In this document: piece by piece, positions 1-9,565 of the stretch
Numbering within the stretch: position 1 is the first letter of the stretch
Layout of the letters: every line of letters starts with the position of its first letter
Assembly: GCA_963705125.1 (NCBI GenBank)
Contig: CAVPIY010000011.1
Location: forward strand, 350,953 to 414,952
From: an uncultured Bacteroidales bacterium
GTDB lineage: Bacteria; Bacteroidota; Bacteroidia; Bacteroidales; UBA10428
DNA: 64,000 nucleotides
Direction: 5' to 3'
Notes under the pieces: model-generated
Seen by the model: only the letters and a program-made list of their open reading frames with translations
What the model was told of the DNA's origin: nothing
Databases searched by the model: none
Program-made: the position numbers and the translations under genes

Positions 1-2
1 AA

Positions 3-608
3 CTGATCAACGGTAATTATCAAATTGCCGAGCGATACATTCATGTCCTGAAAAAAACGTTACATTATAAAAAATGGGCCCGAAAATATGAAAAGTTGGC
101 TCATAATCCTGCCTTGATTGCCTCTGACCCTGAGCTGGGGGAGAAAATACGGATGATTCCGGCAAAAGACTTCTTCATCGGAACGAATGACTCACAGAAC
201 ATTGGACTATTGTTGCTGGGGAGCCCGAATAACCGAAGAGCCTTTGAGTATAAAATTGCACGCATGCTGCTTGAGAAAGACTTCATGGCAGTTGTAAATG
301 AAGTAAAAAAAATGAAGGAGATTGGTTACACGTCCATTCCCAGGCATATCGAAGAAGCCATTCTGGCATACATATATTTTACCAAAGAGGTACCCGACCT
401 TGGCGGATTGTATGTCACACCTGAAACTGAGCAGCGCTTCATCCGGTATATTGATGTATACAGAGCAAACAACGGAGATAAATCCCGGATTGAAAAGAAG
501 ATGGGCAAATCTGATAAAAACACATTCTGGTATTATCTTCAATTCAAAACCATAAGCAGTGAGTTTTGGGAAAGTGCGCCTGCTGATAATACGGTCTATG
601 GGTCATAA
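3..608 (+). CDS. 3' part of a gene that begins upstream of the window; function unknown (weak recollection of DUF6057-type Bacteroidota proteins)
   Basis: Frame is open from nt 3 (LINGNYQIAERYIHVLKKTLHYKKWARKYEKL precedes the TTG at 96 used by the ORF track). Stop TAA at 606-608. Confidence 0.5.
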   Translation: MINGNYQIAERYIHVLKKTLHYKKWARKYEKLAHNPALIASDPELGEKIRMIPAKDFFIGTNDSQNIGLLLLGSPNNRRAFEYKIARMLLEKDFMAVVNEVKKMKEIGYTSIPRHIEEAILAYIYFTKEVPDLGGLYVTPETEQRFIRYIDVYRANNGDKSRIEKKMGKSDKNTFWYYLQFKTISSEFWESAPADNTVYGS

Positions 609-625
609 TGAATCAGTAATTATTG

Positions 626-633
626 TATTTTTG
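626..633 (+). promoter_or_regulatory. Candidate Bacteroidota -7 promoter box (TAnnTTTG) for 655..1353
   Basis: TATTTTTG lies 22 nt upstream of the ATG at 655 in an AT-rich gap. Confidence 0.3.
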
Positions 634-654
634 TTTTTTTAATAATTTATTTTC

Positions 655-1353
655 ATGAAAAAAATCGTTATTCTAATTTGCACTCTCCTGACATTAATTA
701 CCTCTTTGTCAGCCCAAAAGGATGATCTTATTACAGTCAGGTCAGGGTCAAGGATTCTGGATTATTTTCCTTTACAGGAAAGGTACAGGTATCCGCAATT
801 TGCTCCGGGAAAAGTCTATTTTAGGAATAACACCTTTTCAGCCTTCAAGATGAATTACAGTTATCTGGTTGGGGAAATGCATTTTATCCAGTCAAAAGAC
901 ACCCTTGTTGTTGTAAATAAGAAGGATATTAAATATATTACAATTGAACAGGATACTTTTTTTTATGATAAAGTCTACATGGAACTCATTTCCCAAAAAG
1001 GACCTGTTATGGTTTCATTGAATGAGTATATTAAGCTCAAGGAAGTCCAGAAAAAGGATCCATACGGTACAGCAAGTTCAGGTTCCTCAACCCAGTCCTA
1101 TGGTTCTCTGCCTACAGATGGTAAATTCTACAAGCTGACTGCCAATGAGGACATGGTTTTTCAGCGTGTCAGGGATTATTATGTATCCACAGCCGCGAGT
1201 GGATTTGAACCCTACAATAAAAAAGGTGTATTTAAGCTCTTCCCGCAAAATGAGGATGAGATTAAAAGCTATCTGAAATCAAACGACATTGATTTTAAAT
1301 CCAGGGAAGATCTGATCAAACTGGCCGGTTATATTCAGACAATTATGAAATAA
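655..1353 (+). CDS. Secreted hypothetical protein
   Basis: Signal peptide MKKIVILICTLLTLITSLSAQ. Clean 232-aa ORF. No family recognised. Confidence 0.6.
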   Translation: MKKIVILICTLLTLITSLSAQKDDLITVRSGSRILDYFPLQERYRYPQFAPGKVYFRNNTFSAFKMNYSYLVGEMHFIQSKDTLVVVNKKDIKYITIEQDTFFYDKVYMELISQKGPVMVSLNEYIKLKEVQKKDPYGTASSGSSTQSYGSLPTDGKFYKLTANEDMVFQRVRDYYVSTAASGFEPYNKKGVFKLFPQNEDEIKSYLKSNDIDFKSREDLIKLAGYIQTIMK

Positions 1354-1384
1354 AGCTTTGAGTCTACTGCAAAAGGTACAATCA

Positions 1385-1599
1385 GTCATTGCGAGGGAGC
1401 AAAGCGACCGAAGTGATCCGTCATTGCGAGGGAGCAAAGCGACCGAAGTGATCCGTCATTGCGAGGGAGCAAAGCGACCGAAGTGATCCGTCATTGCGAG
1501 GGAGCAAAGCGACCGAAGTGATCCGTCATTGCGAGGGAGCAAAGCGACCGAAGCAATCTGTTTCTGATTGGCAGATTGCTTCGCTACGCTCGCAATGAC
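1385..1599 (+). repeat. Family-1 nested-palindrome repeat array (5 x 35 bp, closing into a complete 75-bp hairpin element)
   Basis: GTCATTGCGAGGGAGCAAAGCGACCGAAGTGATCC units start at 1385, 1420, 1455, 1490 and 1525. The last unit continues GAAGCAATCTG-tttctgattgg-CAGATTGCTTC-gctacg-CTCGCAATGAC. The array lies between convergent gene ends. Confidence 0.9.
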
Positions 1600-1607
1600 G
1601 GAAGTTA

Positions 1608-4600
1608 TTATTTGCCCAATGCCTCAATGCTTCTGGCCACTGCTTCACGGGCCATATAAATCGCATCCGGATCTTTCAGGATTTTTGTAGAGTATCTCCC
1701 CATGGCACATGGGATATTGACCAGTTCAAGTGCCTGCTGAAGCGCATCTCTGGCTGTTTTTAAAGCAGGATTTCCGGGATCAGACTTCTCAATCAGATGG
1801 CCAAGAAGTGTGAGATACTCATAATCTTCGGCTCCCTCCCTAACCTGCTTCAGACGTATCGATCCTATCAATCCATCTTCCCCGATAGGCTTTCCCGGAT
1901 AAATTACATATCCGTCACCATTCGGATATCTTTTCCAGGATTCTTCACCTGGAGCCTGACTTTCATAAATATAGCTGTGCCATCCATATTTATAAGGATT
2001 ATAAGTAAGCCAGTTTACACCCCAGAACTCATATGCTTCCGCTCCATATTTATAACCAAACCAGGGTAGCAAACGCTCCACAGCCATATATGGCGTTTCC
2101 GTACAGAAATTACCATCTGTTGTGTACCAGATTCGGCCGCCGGAACGAATAATATGCTGCAGATCTTCTGCCGTTACATAATTACCATAATCTCCTTCAC
2201 CGTTAAAACCCAGCCCCCATACATCAATATAGCCTTGCCATTCAGGTCTGTACCACCAGGTGCTCACATAGACCGGAATTTTCGGGTCTACCTCATGAAC
2301 CATATCACAAAGAGCTTTCATCTGAATATTGATGTTATTGCTCCTGCCATTGTTATTATCTGCTTCATGGGGTTCGTCTGACAGGTAAAGAATGTATCTG
2401 TCAGCCCATCCCTTTTCTTTCAGATGATCCCAGAACGTCTTAAGTACAAGCTGGTAAGCTTTTTTATATTCGGGACGCAGTCTGCTCCTGTCAGCATCTT
2501 TATAGGGATATTCACCCGGATATGGTTTCTCTTTAAATTTTTCAGAAGGAGGGAAGGCCCACCCGAAAAGATAAAAAATGTCAACAGGAAGGTATGCAAA
2601 CGGATTCTTGAGCTCATCAAAATAGATTGCCGCAGCCTTGTCATATTCAGTAAAATCAATAGTAACCCTCCCTTCAGTGTAATTTACTTTAGGAACCGGA
2701 TTTATCTCTCCTGAACTGATCCGGTGTTTTGCCATGAATGACAGATACATATTCCGCAAATCGTTCTCAGGCAGATCATTCCGCACCAGATCAGGCATCC
2801 TGTGAACTGATCTGTAATCGTAAAGAGCCCCGAAGGAATTCCTGTCAGGCAGTGTGAATTTCCAGACATGAACCGTCCAGGGAATTTCTTTTACAAGTGA
2901 ATCACTGTGGAAGATTTTTATCTTACCTGCATAGTCTCCACTCACTGTTCCCTCAGGTACAGCCACGTCAATCCAGATTGGCTGTGTTGTATGTGCTTTT
3001 AAATCAAAAACTTTTGCAGGCAGGAGTGGATCAGGCCAAAACCCGCTCCATCCGTCGCTGCCAATTGGCTCTGCCGGAAATTTCAGATACCAGAAAGGGA
3101 CCTTCCTTTCATAGTAATTTGAAGGGTAATCAATGGGTACATATCCAACCAGACTCACAGATACCTGGTCAAGCATATGCCCTGCTGAATTGACAGGCGG
3201 AGTAACTTCAACTCTCATTCCGGTGTAATCCCGCGGGCTTCTGAGGGCTATTTGCAAAGGTTCTGACTCATTTTTTGCAGCGGAGATTCGCAGAGCCCCA
3301 ATCTGGGATGGAGGAAGATCCTCATGAAACACCTTTACGACCGGATTTACCGGCCATACCGTTAGTTCCTGCAGTTTATCTGCAGCTCTCTGATCAAAAA
3401 ACATACTTCCCGCATATCCTTCAATAACCTCCATCATCAAGATCCCGTTGCACGATGCTGTTCCGGATTCTGCTCCTGATAAGGCAAGGCTCAACAAGGC
3501 TGAATATGCCTTCTCCGGTGCCCGGAAAATACCAGATATAAATGCCCGGTCACGCGTACCTGTGATCTTATCGCTAACAACCCTGCCATTTATTGTGGAA
3601 TCCTTGTCTCCATGAAATCTGATAACAATAGAAATCCCATCTGATATATCTGAACATTTCACCATTGCCCCGAACATATATGTCTTCCCGGACTCAATTG
3701 TTATATCCTGAGTCAATCCGGTCTTATTTATTTCTCCGCTTGCCGGCAGACCGGGAAACAAATTTCTTTTATCGTTGCACAAGTCGCTGAATTCTTTCTG
3801 GCGATCTGTAACATCTTTTTCCTTTCTGTCAAAATAGGCATACGTGGTTTGCTCAGTGCCAGCTGCAACAGGACTTTCAAGCAGCAGGGCATTCTCAAAA
3901 CGGAAATAAGGTCCGTTTCCCTTATTTCCCAGCTGCATCAGGGCATGCTGAATATCTTCATTGTGAAGACGCAGATAAACCTGCTCCATTTTCACATATA
4001 CAGGCAAAGTCTCATTGTTTTTTCTGAAGTTGAAGACTTTAACGGGTACACGGATATTCCATTTTTCGTCACCGGGCCATACTTCATTTCTGCCTTTTTC
4101 AGTTAAGGAGACAGACTCAGAAGTTTCAATTTCAAAGTTCAGCTTTCCTTCCTTTTGCAGAACGGATTGTTTTTCATCCTTGCTTCCATATCTCTTTTCT
4201 TCCAACACTGCTCCCATAGGCCATGCTGCCTTATTGTTGTAATAGATGTAACAGGTCTCAGACTTTCCGGCTTTTAATGAAACAGGTATTATGAACTCGC
4301 AGTTATCGGGAATAGCTCCTTCAGTCACAAGTCCTGCGTCCGGTGATGTGATTCTCCACAATAATTCTGTTCCACCGGAATCGACCAGCCTCAAACCCGT
4401 TGCATCTTCTCCTGCCAGATCAAGGAGACCTTTGCCTTTTCCGATTTTCATCATTACAGTTGAACCGGCAACATCGCGGTTTGAGGAGTTTGTGACTTCA
4501 ACCGGGATACGGGAATGCCAATAGCCCATGTTCGACAGGTACAGGGGATAATGCCATTTATCCGTTGCCTGAGCAACGGTATCAAATTCTTCTGGTACAA

Positions 4601-4640
4601 AGCCCAAAACTATGATAAATAGTAAAATTTTCGTTTTCAC
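1608..4640 (-). CDS. Secreted DUF4091 / GH123-like glycoside-hydrolase-domain protein (1010 aa)
   Basis: Signal peptide. C-terminal block WYTTDGNF...GDGYVIYPG...GSIRLKQVREGAEDYEYL is shared with 19659-21470, 46493-48241 and 51600-54509. GTG start overlaps the upstream TGA (GTGA at 4637-4640). Confidence 0.65.
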   Translation of the reverse strand: MKTKILLFIIVLGFVPEEFDTVAQATDKWHYPLYLSNMGYWHSRIPVEVTNSSNRDVAGSTVMMKIGKGKGLLDLAGEDATGLRLVDSGGTELLWRITSPDAGLVTEGAIPDNCEFIIPVSLKAGKSETCYIYYNNKAAWPMGAVLEEKRYGSKDEKQSVLQKEGKLNFEIETSESVSLTEKGRNEVWPGDEKWNIRVPVKVFNFRKNNETLPVYVKMEQVYLRLHNEDIQHALMQLGNKGNGPYFRFENALLLESPVAAGTEQTTYAYFDRKEKDVTDRQKEFSDLCNDKRNLFPGLPASGEINKTGLTQDITIESGKTYMFGAMVKCSDISDGISIVIRFHGDKDSTINGRVVSDKITGTRDRAFISGIFRAPEKAYSALLSLALSGAESGTASCNGILMMEVIEGYAGSMFFDQRAADKLQELTVWPVNPVVKVFHEDLPPSQIGALRISAAKNESEPLQIALRSPRDYTGMRVEVTPPVNSAGHMLDQVSVSLVGYVPIDYPSNYYERKVPFWYLKFPAEPIGSDGWSGFWPDPLLPAKVFDLKAHTTQPIWIDVAVPEGTVSGDYAGKIKIFHSDSLVKEIPWTVHVWKFTLPDRNSFGALYDYRSVHRMPDLVRNDLPENDLRNMYLSFMAKHRISSGEINPVPKVNYTEGRVTIDFTEYDKAAAIYFDELKNPFAYLPVDIFYLFGWAFPPSEKFKEKPYPGEYPYKDADRSRLRPEYKKAYQLVLKTFWDHLKEKGWADRYILYLSDEPHEADNNNGRSNNINIQMKALCDMVHEVDPKIPVYVSTWWYRPEWQGYIDVWGLGFNGEGDYGNYVTAEDLQHIIRSGGRIWYTTDGNFCTETPYMAVERLLPWFGYKYGAEAYEFWGVNWLTYNPYKYGWHSYIYESQAPGEESWKRYPNGDGYVIYPGKPIGEDGLIGSIRLKQVREGAEDYEYLTLLGHLIEKSDPGNPALKTARDALQQALELVNIPCAMGRYSTKILKDPDAIYMAREAVARSIEALGK

Positions 4641-6814
4641 AGATTTTCAAACCATTTTTCAATTTTTCCAATATACATTTCCTCTGCCTGGATCATCCAG
4701 TCCAGGTTTTCAGTCTGGCTGGCGAAATGGAAATACCGGTCGGGGACATAATTGGCCGGATAGGTCACAAACCGGGTCTTGCCATATACCTGCTTAAGGT
4801 TCTCCCAAGCCAGCTGAAAACCCCGTACAGCCAGCTTTACCTGGTCAATTCCTGCTTTTTGTTGTCCCTTGTCAGCATTGTCACATTGCTTAAGTGCAAG
4901 CAATAAACGGGGTGCAGTGATCTGCAGATCATACAGTGCCATAGAAAGTTCCCAGTAATACCGGTTCCTTTTTGATGCGTCATACAATTCCTGCAAGCGC
5001 AGAGACAGGGCCTTGTAGTTGTCTGTTTCAACCCGTGCTTTTTCCAGGCGGTCATTATATTTCCGCGTCCAGGTACCGGGTGAATTCAGATCAGGCAGCC
5101 CGATAAGTTTGGTTGTATAATCAAACTGCACCTTCTCCTGATCCGCCAGGGGAGGAAGCCAGTGTTCGAGCCTTGAAAAGCTCTGCAACGCATTGTCTTC
5201 ATCCAGGAGGCTTCCCTTTTTAAAGAAGGCCTCATACCAAAAGATCGAACCCCTCCGGAGCTGTTCATTAAAACTTAGAAAGTCCGGTAACGATAAAGCG
5301 AATTCCCTCTGCAACCAGGCTTTATCATATTCTTCCAGGGTGCGTCCGTTTGGGGACCAGCCGTACTCAGCCGATGCAATAAATCCGCGCCAGTAATTCT
5401 CCATGTGGGGCGACTTATCATCCCAGGCAGTGCAGAGCATGCCGCTGATATTTTTTTCAGCGGCCAGCTGCAGAAAGCTTTGTATGGTTATGATACCGTA
5501 TGAGGCCTGACCCTTGTCTCTCTCATCAGCATGAAATAACATGCCTCCTTCTGTATTTGTGGCAGTAGCACCCATGGCTTTCAACCCCCGGCTTTTATAC
5601 CAATCCAGTGCGAGAATATTTCCGGGTTGTCTGGCCATGGTATAATTCCAACGCATGTAAACGCAGTTTTTAGGGAAACCCTCCAGCAGGTTGTCGAGTT
5701 TGGGTGTACCCTCCGCCCAGCGTTTGGCTGCTTCTGTTGCAGTAACATCGTCACTGTATGTAGTTTCGTAAACTCCGGCTTCTTTCAGGGGCATGTCATC
5801 CCAGAAAATGGGTATGCGGTCATTTTCTGCAGCAAATTCACATACTCTTTTTAACCAGTACAGGCTCAGACTCAGCATACCTTCTTTATCAGCCATTGGC
5901 TTGCAGCGGGGGCACATTCCGATATTGCCGATCTCATCTCCCCCGATATGCAGGTACTTTGAACCAGGGGTGGCTTCAATGGCATCCCGGTACAGATCGA
6001 ATAAAACCTGGTACGTTCCCTCATGCAGCGGACAGAAAGCCCATTTGTTCCAGGAAAGTTCGCGCAAATGAGCATATTGCTGGTGTTTGAGAATAAAGGT
6101 GGCATGTCCCAGTCCCTGGACCAGGGGAGTAATCTCGATGTGCCGTTCGCGTGCATAACGCGTCAGGGCAGCCATCTCATCCATGCTGATTGCCTGAGGG
6201 GCTCCGACCAGGGGCTGACGTTGAAACCTAAGCTTATCCTCATACTCGAATACCACGGCATTGATTTTATACCTTGCAAGCCTGTCAATGCTTTCGTAAT
6301 AATAATGCATGTGGTCGAGGTGGTGCTTGACGTCAAACTGAACGGCACGGTATGAAAGCGCAGGATAATCCGTTATTTTGCAGGCAGGGACCGGCTTATT
6401 AAAATCACTTGCGTCTTCCATGAGTTGTTCAAGCGTCTGGCAACCATAGAACAGACCAGCTTCCGCCTTCGCGGTGATTTCTGCCTTATCCGCGCCAATG
6501 GTAAGGATATATCCCTCTTCCGAAGGAAGAACAGCTGCTTTGTCCAGGATCAGGGTCAGCCTGCCGCTGTTTCCGGCCTTCCCGATTGGCAGTCGTGAAA
6601 GATATTTTCCCATGACCGGGCATGAAAAGTCACCTTGCAATACCAACTGTTGCAGCTTACCCGGCACAAGTCCGGATCCCTTTAACAGTATGACATTTTT
6701 TGGCTGAGGGATGACGGTAAAGGGAGAAGGCAGGTTTTCAGTTGAAAAGCTTGGTTCTGACAGGATAGATGTCAATAAAACGGCAAACAGCAAGGAATGA
6801 ATTTTTGGTTTCAT
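4637..6814 (-). CDS. GH20-type beta-N-acetylhexosaminidase
   Basis: Signal peptide. N-terminal GH20b-like region (FTVIPQPKNV). HIGGDE catalytic motif in a TIM-barrel-length domain. Confidence 0.8.
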   Translation of the reverse strand: MKPKIHSLLFAVLLTSILSEPSFSTENLPSPFTVIPQPKNVILLKGSGLVPGKLQQLVLQGDFSCPVMGKYLSRLPIGKAGNSGRLTLILDKAAVLPSEEGYILTIGADKAEITAKAEAGLFYGCQTLEQLMEDASDFNKPVPACKITDYPALSYRAVQFDVKHHLDHMHYYYESIDRLARYKINAVVFEYEDKLRFQRQPLVGAPQAISMDEMAALTRYARERHIEITPLVQGLGHATFILKHQQYAHLRELSWNKWAFCPLHEGTYQVLFDLYRDAIEATPGSKYLHIGGDEIGNIGMCPRCKPMADKEGMLSLSLYWLKRVCEFAAENDRIPIFWDDMPLKEAGVYETTYSDDVTATEAAKRWAEGTPKLDNLLEGFPKNCVYMRWNYTMARQPGNILALDWYKSRGLKAMGATATNTEGGMLFHADERDKGQASYGIITIQSFLQLAAEKNISGMLCTAWDDKSPHMENYWRGFIASAEYGWSPNGRTLEEYDKAWLQREFALSLPDFLSFNEQLRRGSIFWYEAFFKKGSLLDEDNALQSFSRLEHWLPPLADQEKVQFDYTTKLIGLPDLNSPGTWTRKYNDRLEKARVETDNYKALSLRLQELYDASKRNRYYWELSMALYDLQITAPRLLLALKQCDNADKGQQKAGIDQVKLAVRGFQLAWENLKQVYGKTRFVTYPANYVPDRYFHFASQTENLDWMIQAEEMYIGKIEKWFENL

Positions 6815-6846
6815 ATGGGTGTAATTAATGTATTAATCTATATATC

Positions 6847-6967
6847 ACCTCACCCCCTGCCCCCTCTCCTAAAAGAGAGGGGTAAGAAGCTTATGGTGAA
6901 CAAACTACAAAAATATCATCGTTACCCTCTCTCCCCTCTCCCCTGGGAGAGCGGTCAGGGGTGAGGA
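6847..6967. repeat. Family-2 MITE-like element (CCTCACCCCCTGCCCCCTCTCC terminal inverted repeats), copy 1
   Basis: ACCTCACCCCCTGCCCCCTCTCCtaaaagaGAGGGG ... CCCCTCTCCCCTGGGAGAGCGGTCAGGGGTGAGG. Each arm is itself a small hairpin. The element abuts the stop of 6970..8358. Confidence 0.85.
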
Positions 6968-6969
6968 GC

Positions 6970-8358
6970 TTACTGAAACATATCCTCATAATGCTTTGAA
7001 TTCATAAAAATACCGCCACTCCTGGCAAAGTAATCCTCACCCAATTCAAAAACACCCTTTTTTGTGGTGGCCCAGGGCTCATTTTTGCAGGGATAATAAT
7101 CACGCATCTGTTCCCAGTTCTTATAATTCTGATGTCCGTTGGTTTCCAGTAATCCCAGTCCCAGACCCGGAAATGGGGCCAGGCGTGCTGCAACATTCTT
7201 GTTCCATTCCACCAGGATCGGATTTACGGTCAGATCCGCACAAAAACACGGCACGTCATGGTCATGGGCCACCCGGGCAATTTTCAATGTCATGCTCAGA
7301 GTTTTTGCGATCGCTTTTAGTGCAATGGCCTTATATCCCATCTGGATCCGTTTCAGGGCATCTTTTTCGGTATGCGCACTCTCATCTGCGGCAATGCGAA
7401 CCGGAATATCCTGAATATCGATCTCCATGAGTTCGTCGAATGGTTCCTCTATAATTGCGATCTGGTCAAATGCACCTATCTTTTTTGAATGATCAAGGAG
7501 TCGCAGTAAACTCTCCTTTTTTTCATATCTTCCGTTTGCATCAAAATAATAGGGTAATTTACCGTTTTTTGTATAAGGAGTTCTGGCCTCTCCAATTGCC
7601 TTATGTATCTCAGTGAGTCGCGCCATATCCTTTTCAAGCATCTCAGCCTGTGTACCGGGCTGTCCGATTTTTATCTTCATAAAGAAGTATCCCTGGTCAA
7701 CCGCTGCCTTAATTTCGGTTACAGGAATACTATAGGCCATAAGCGGTATGCTTGCCACCTTGTTGTGATGATGCGACAAAGCCGGTTTATAGGCCGCGGG
7801 TATCATGTCATCAAAGGATATGATACCATTTTCAGCGGCATATAAAAGCCAGGCAGCATTGTCGACAGCAACAAGGGCGTTCAGTGCAAAAGTCTGGCGC
7901 AGGTCATCCTTCATGCAAATCTTTTTACCATATTGGTATACCTCAGGCCATAATTCATCAAGCAAATCTACCGGATTGGTAAAGGTTCGTCCTTTCAGTA
8001 ACCTTAATCCATATTCTGTCATGGCATACATCAGGGCATTTCCCCCGCTTTCTGAATGTGAAGCAAATACTTTTGCATCTGACCAAAGGATACTTTGTGA
8101 ACAAGTACCTATTTTCCGGATGCCCGATCCGCCGGTAAGCATGGCCGCGGTCTGCCATATTTCATGCATGTAACCGCCTTTGAAACCAAAGGGACGTATC
8201 AAAGGCTCCCGCTCAAAATTTGAACTGACCTCAGCAATGGTGATGGGTTTCAGGGCTCTTTTTTCAGTGGCAAATCCTGCCAATGGCAAATTGGCGACAA
8301 TACTCCCCCCGGTAACCAGGGCTGAGTTTGTAAGGAAGGTTCTTCTGGATATCGTCAT
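6970..8358 (-). CDS. Enolase-superfamily (MLE-subgroup-like) protein with twin-arginine signal
   Basis: SRRTFL Tat motif at the N-terminus. KxK (MKIKIG), DANGRY, IEEPF and ADES occur in the order expected for mandelate racemase/muconate lactonizing enzyme family members. Confidence 0.6.
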   Translation of the reverse strand: MTISRRTFLTNSALVTGGSIVANLPLAGFATEKRALKPITIAEVSSNFEREPLIRPFGFKGGYMHEIWQTAAMLTGGSGIRKIGTCSQSILWSDAKVFASHSESGGNALMYAMTEYGLRLLKGRTFTNPVDLLDELWPEVYQYGKKICMKDDLRQTFALNALVAVDNAAWLLYAAENGIISFDDMIPAAYKPALSHHHNKVASIPLMAYSIPVTEIKAAVDQGYFFMKIKIGQPGTQAEMLEKDMARLTEIHKAIGEARTPYTKNGKLPYYFDANGRYEKKESLLRLLDHSKKIGAFDQIAIIEEPFDELMEIDIQDIPVRIAADESAHTEKDALKRIQMGYKAIALKAIAKTLSMTLKIARVAHDHDVPCFCADLTVNPILVEWNKNVAARLAPFPGLGLGLLETNGHQNYKNWEQMRDYYPCKNEPWATTKKGVFELGEDYFARSGGIFMNSKHYEDMFQ

Positions 8359-8397
8359 ATTTATGTTATGATTGCTATCGGATTAATATGTATTTTG

Positions 8398-8495
8398 GGC
8401 TAAAGCACGATATTTTTTAAACTTTAATAGCCCCGGCCTTAAGGCCGGGGTGGCCGGGGTTAATGAATACATTTAAAAATCCGGGCTTTAGCCCC
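8398..8495. repeat. Intercistronic palindromic element (single copy in window)
   Basis: GGGCTAAAGC (8398-8407) pairs with GCTTTAGCCC (8486-8495). Central perfect hairpin CCCCGGCC-ttaa-GGCCGGGG at 8432-8451. Confidence 0.7.
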
Positions 8496-8515
8496 TATAT
8501 ATCGAAAACAGCCAA

Positions 8516-9481
8516 TCATGCAAAACCATTCTTTGCCATCATACCCTTCAGCTTGTCGGTATCCCTTTTCAGTATAAACAAGGCCTTCTTCATTTTTTCC
8601 TTTACAGGCAGCTTTTGCTCTTCACCGGACAAGACCGGATATTCGATATGCAAGGTTGTATCGCTTTTAAGCTTCAGTTCTTTCAGCAAGGTAAAATACG
8701 CATCGTAATCGATCTGTCCCTCTCCGAGAGGAACAGCTTCAGGAACCATTTTGCCGTTCTGGTCAAACCAGTCAAAATCCTTGATGCATCGAGTCTTGAT
8801 GTAAGGGCTTAATAACCTTAACCCGTTACCCCATGAACTGTATCCTTCAATTACCGCATGCCAGATATCGTACTGGCAGCTGATCCAGTCCGGATTCAGA
8901 TCTTTCAGTATATACCACAGATCCCAGACAGGACTGCCAATCCGTGGCTGTCCATGATGATTCTGATAGGCTCCGTGAATGCCGGTTTTTTGGTTCAGGG
9001 AGGCCAGCTTATCCAGAATCCGGCGTGCATTGTCCAGATTTTCCGGAATAGGCCTTGAATAGTCGTAGTCAAGATAACCCGTTCGGTAATAGGCTACACC
9101 AAGATCAGCAGCTGTTTTAAGCACTTCCTCATTCAGGGGATTGTCGGCATCGGTAACGGCTGTGGTCATCATATGCACCGCTATCCCGTTACTCCGGGCT
9201 GCAGAAACGGCTTTTGGCAGATCAGTCCTTACATTTTCAGGTTCCACATGCCCACCAGGGCGGACGGTCAGGTCAATGCCATCCAGTCCCGCCGCTGCAT
9301 ATACTTCGGATAGCTGATTGTAATCCAAGAACTGAAACAATTTTGAAAAAGCACAGATCTTGCCTTTATCAGGATTATTGGTAGTGGTTCCCGAAGAACC
9401 CAGGTTTGATATTCCACCCAAGGGCAAAACGATGCCCGCGGCCGCTGCTGATTTTACAAAATTCCTTCTTGATATTGACAT
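8516..9481 (-). CDS. Sugar phosphate isomerase/epimerase-family (xylose-isomerase-like TIM barrel) protein with twin-arginine signal
   Basis: SRRNFVK Tat motif. The 321-aa length and His/Glu/Asp-rich strand ends fit the AP-endonuclease-2/XI-like TIM-barrel family. Confidence 0.7.
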   Translation of the reverse strand: MSISRRNFVKSAAAAGIVLPLGGISNLGSSGTTTNNPDKGKICAFSKLFQFLDYNQLSEVYAAAGLDGIDLTVRPGGHVEPENVRTDLPKAVSAARSNGIAVHMMTTAVTDADNPLNEEVLKTAADLGVAYYRTGYLDYDYSRPIPENLDNARRILDKLASLNQKTGIHGAYQNHHGQPRIGSPVWDLWYILKDLNPDWISCQYDIWHAVIEGYSSWGNGLRLLSPYIKTRCIKDFDWFDQNGKMVPEAVPLGEGQIDYDAYFTLLKELKLKSDTTLHIEYPVLSGEEQKLPVKEKMKKALFILKRDTDKLKGMMAKNGFA

Positions 9482-9527
9482 GATTAACTTTTTTCGAATG
9501 ATTATTATTAAGTAGTATCAATAACTC

Positions 9528-9565
9528 TAAGTACTTTAAGTACTCCAAGTACTCTAAGTACTTAG
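9528..9565. repeat. Family-4 9-bp tandem repeat (TAAGTACTY x4; AGTACT cores 9 bp apart)
   Basis: taagtactt taagtactc caagtactc taagtactt ag. The repeat overlaps the last codons and stop of 9554..10966. Confidence 0.85.

Noticed and set aside
8463-8708. Plus-strand 81-aa ORF starting in the palindromic element.
   Set aside because: It overlaps the 3' end of the supported minus-strand XI-like gene and begins inside a repeat.
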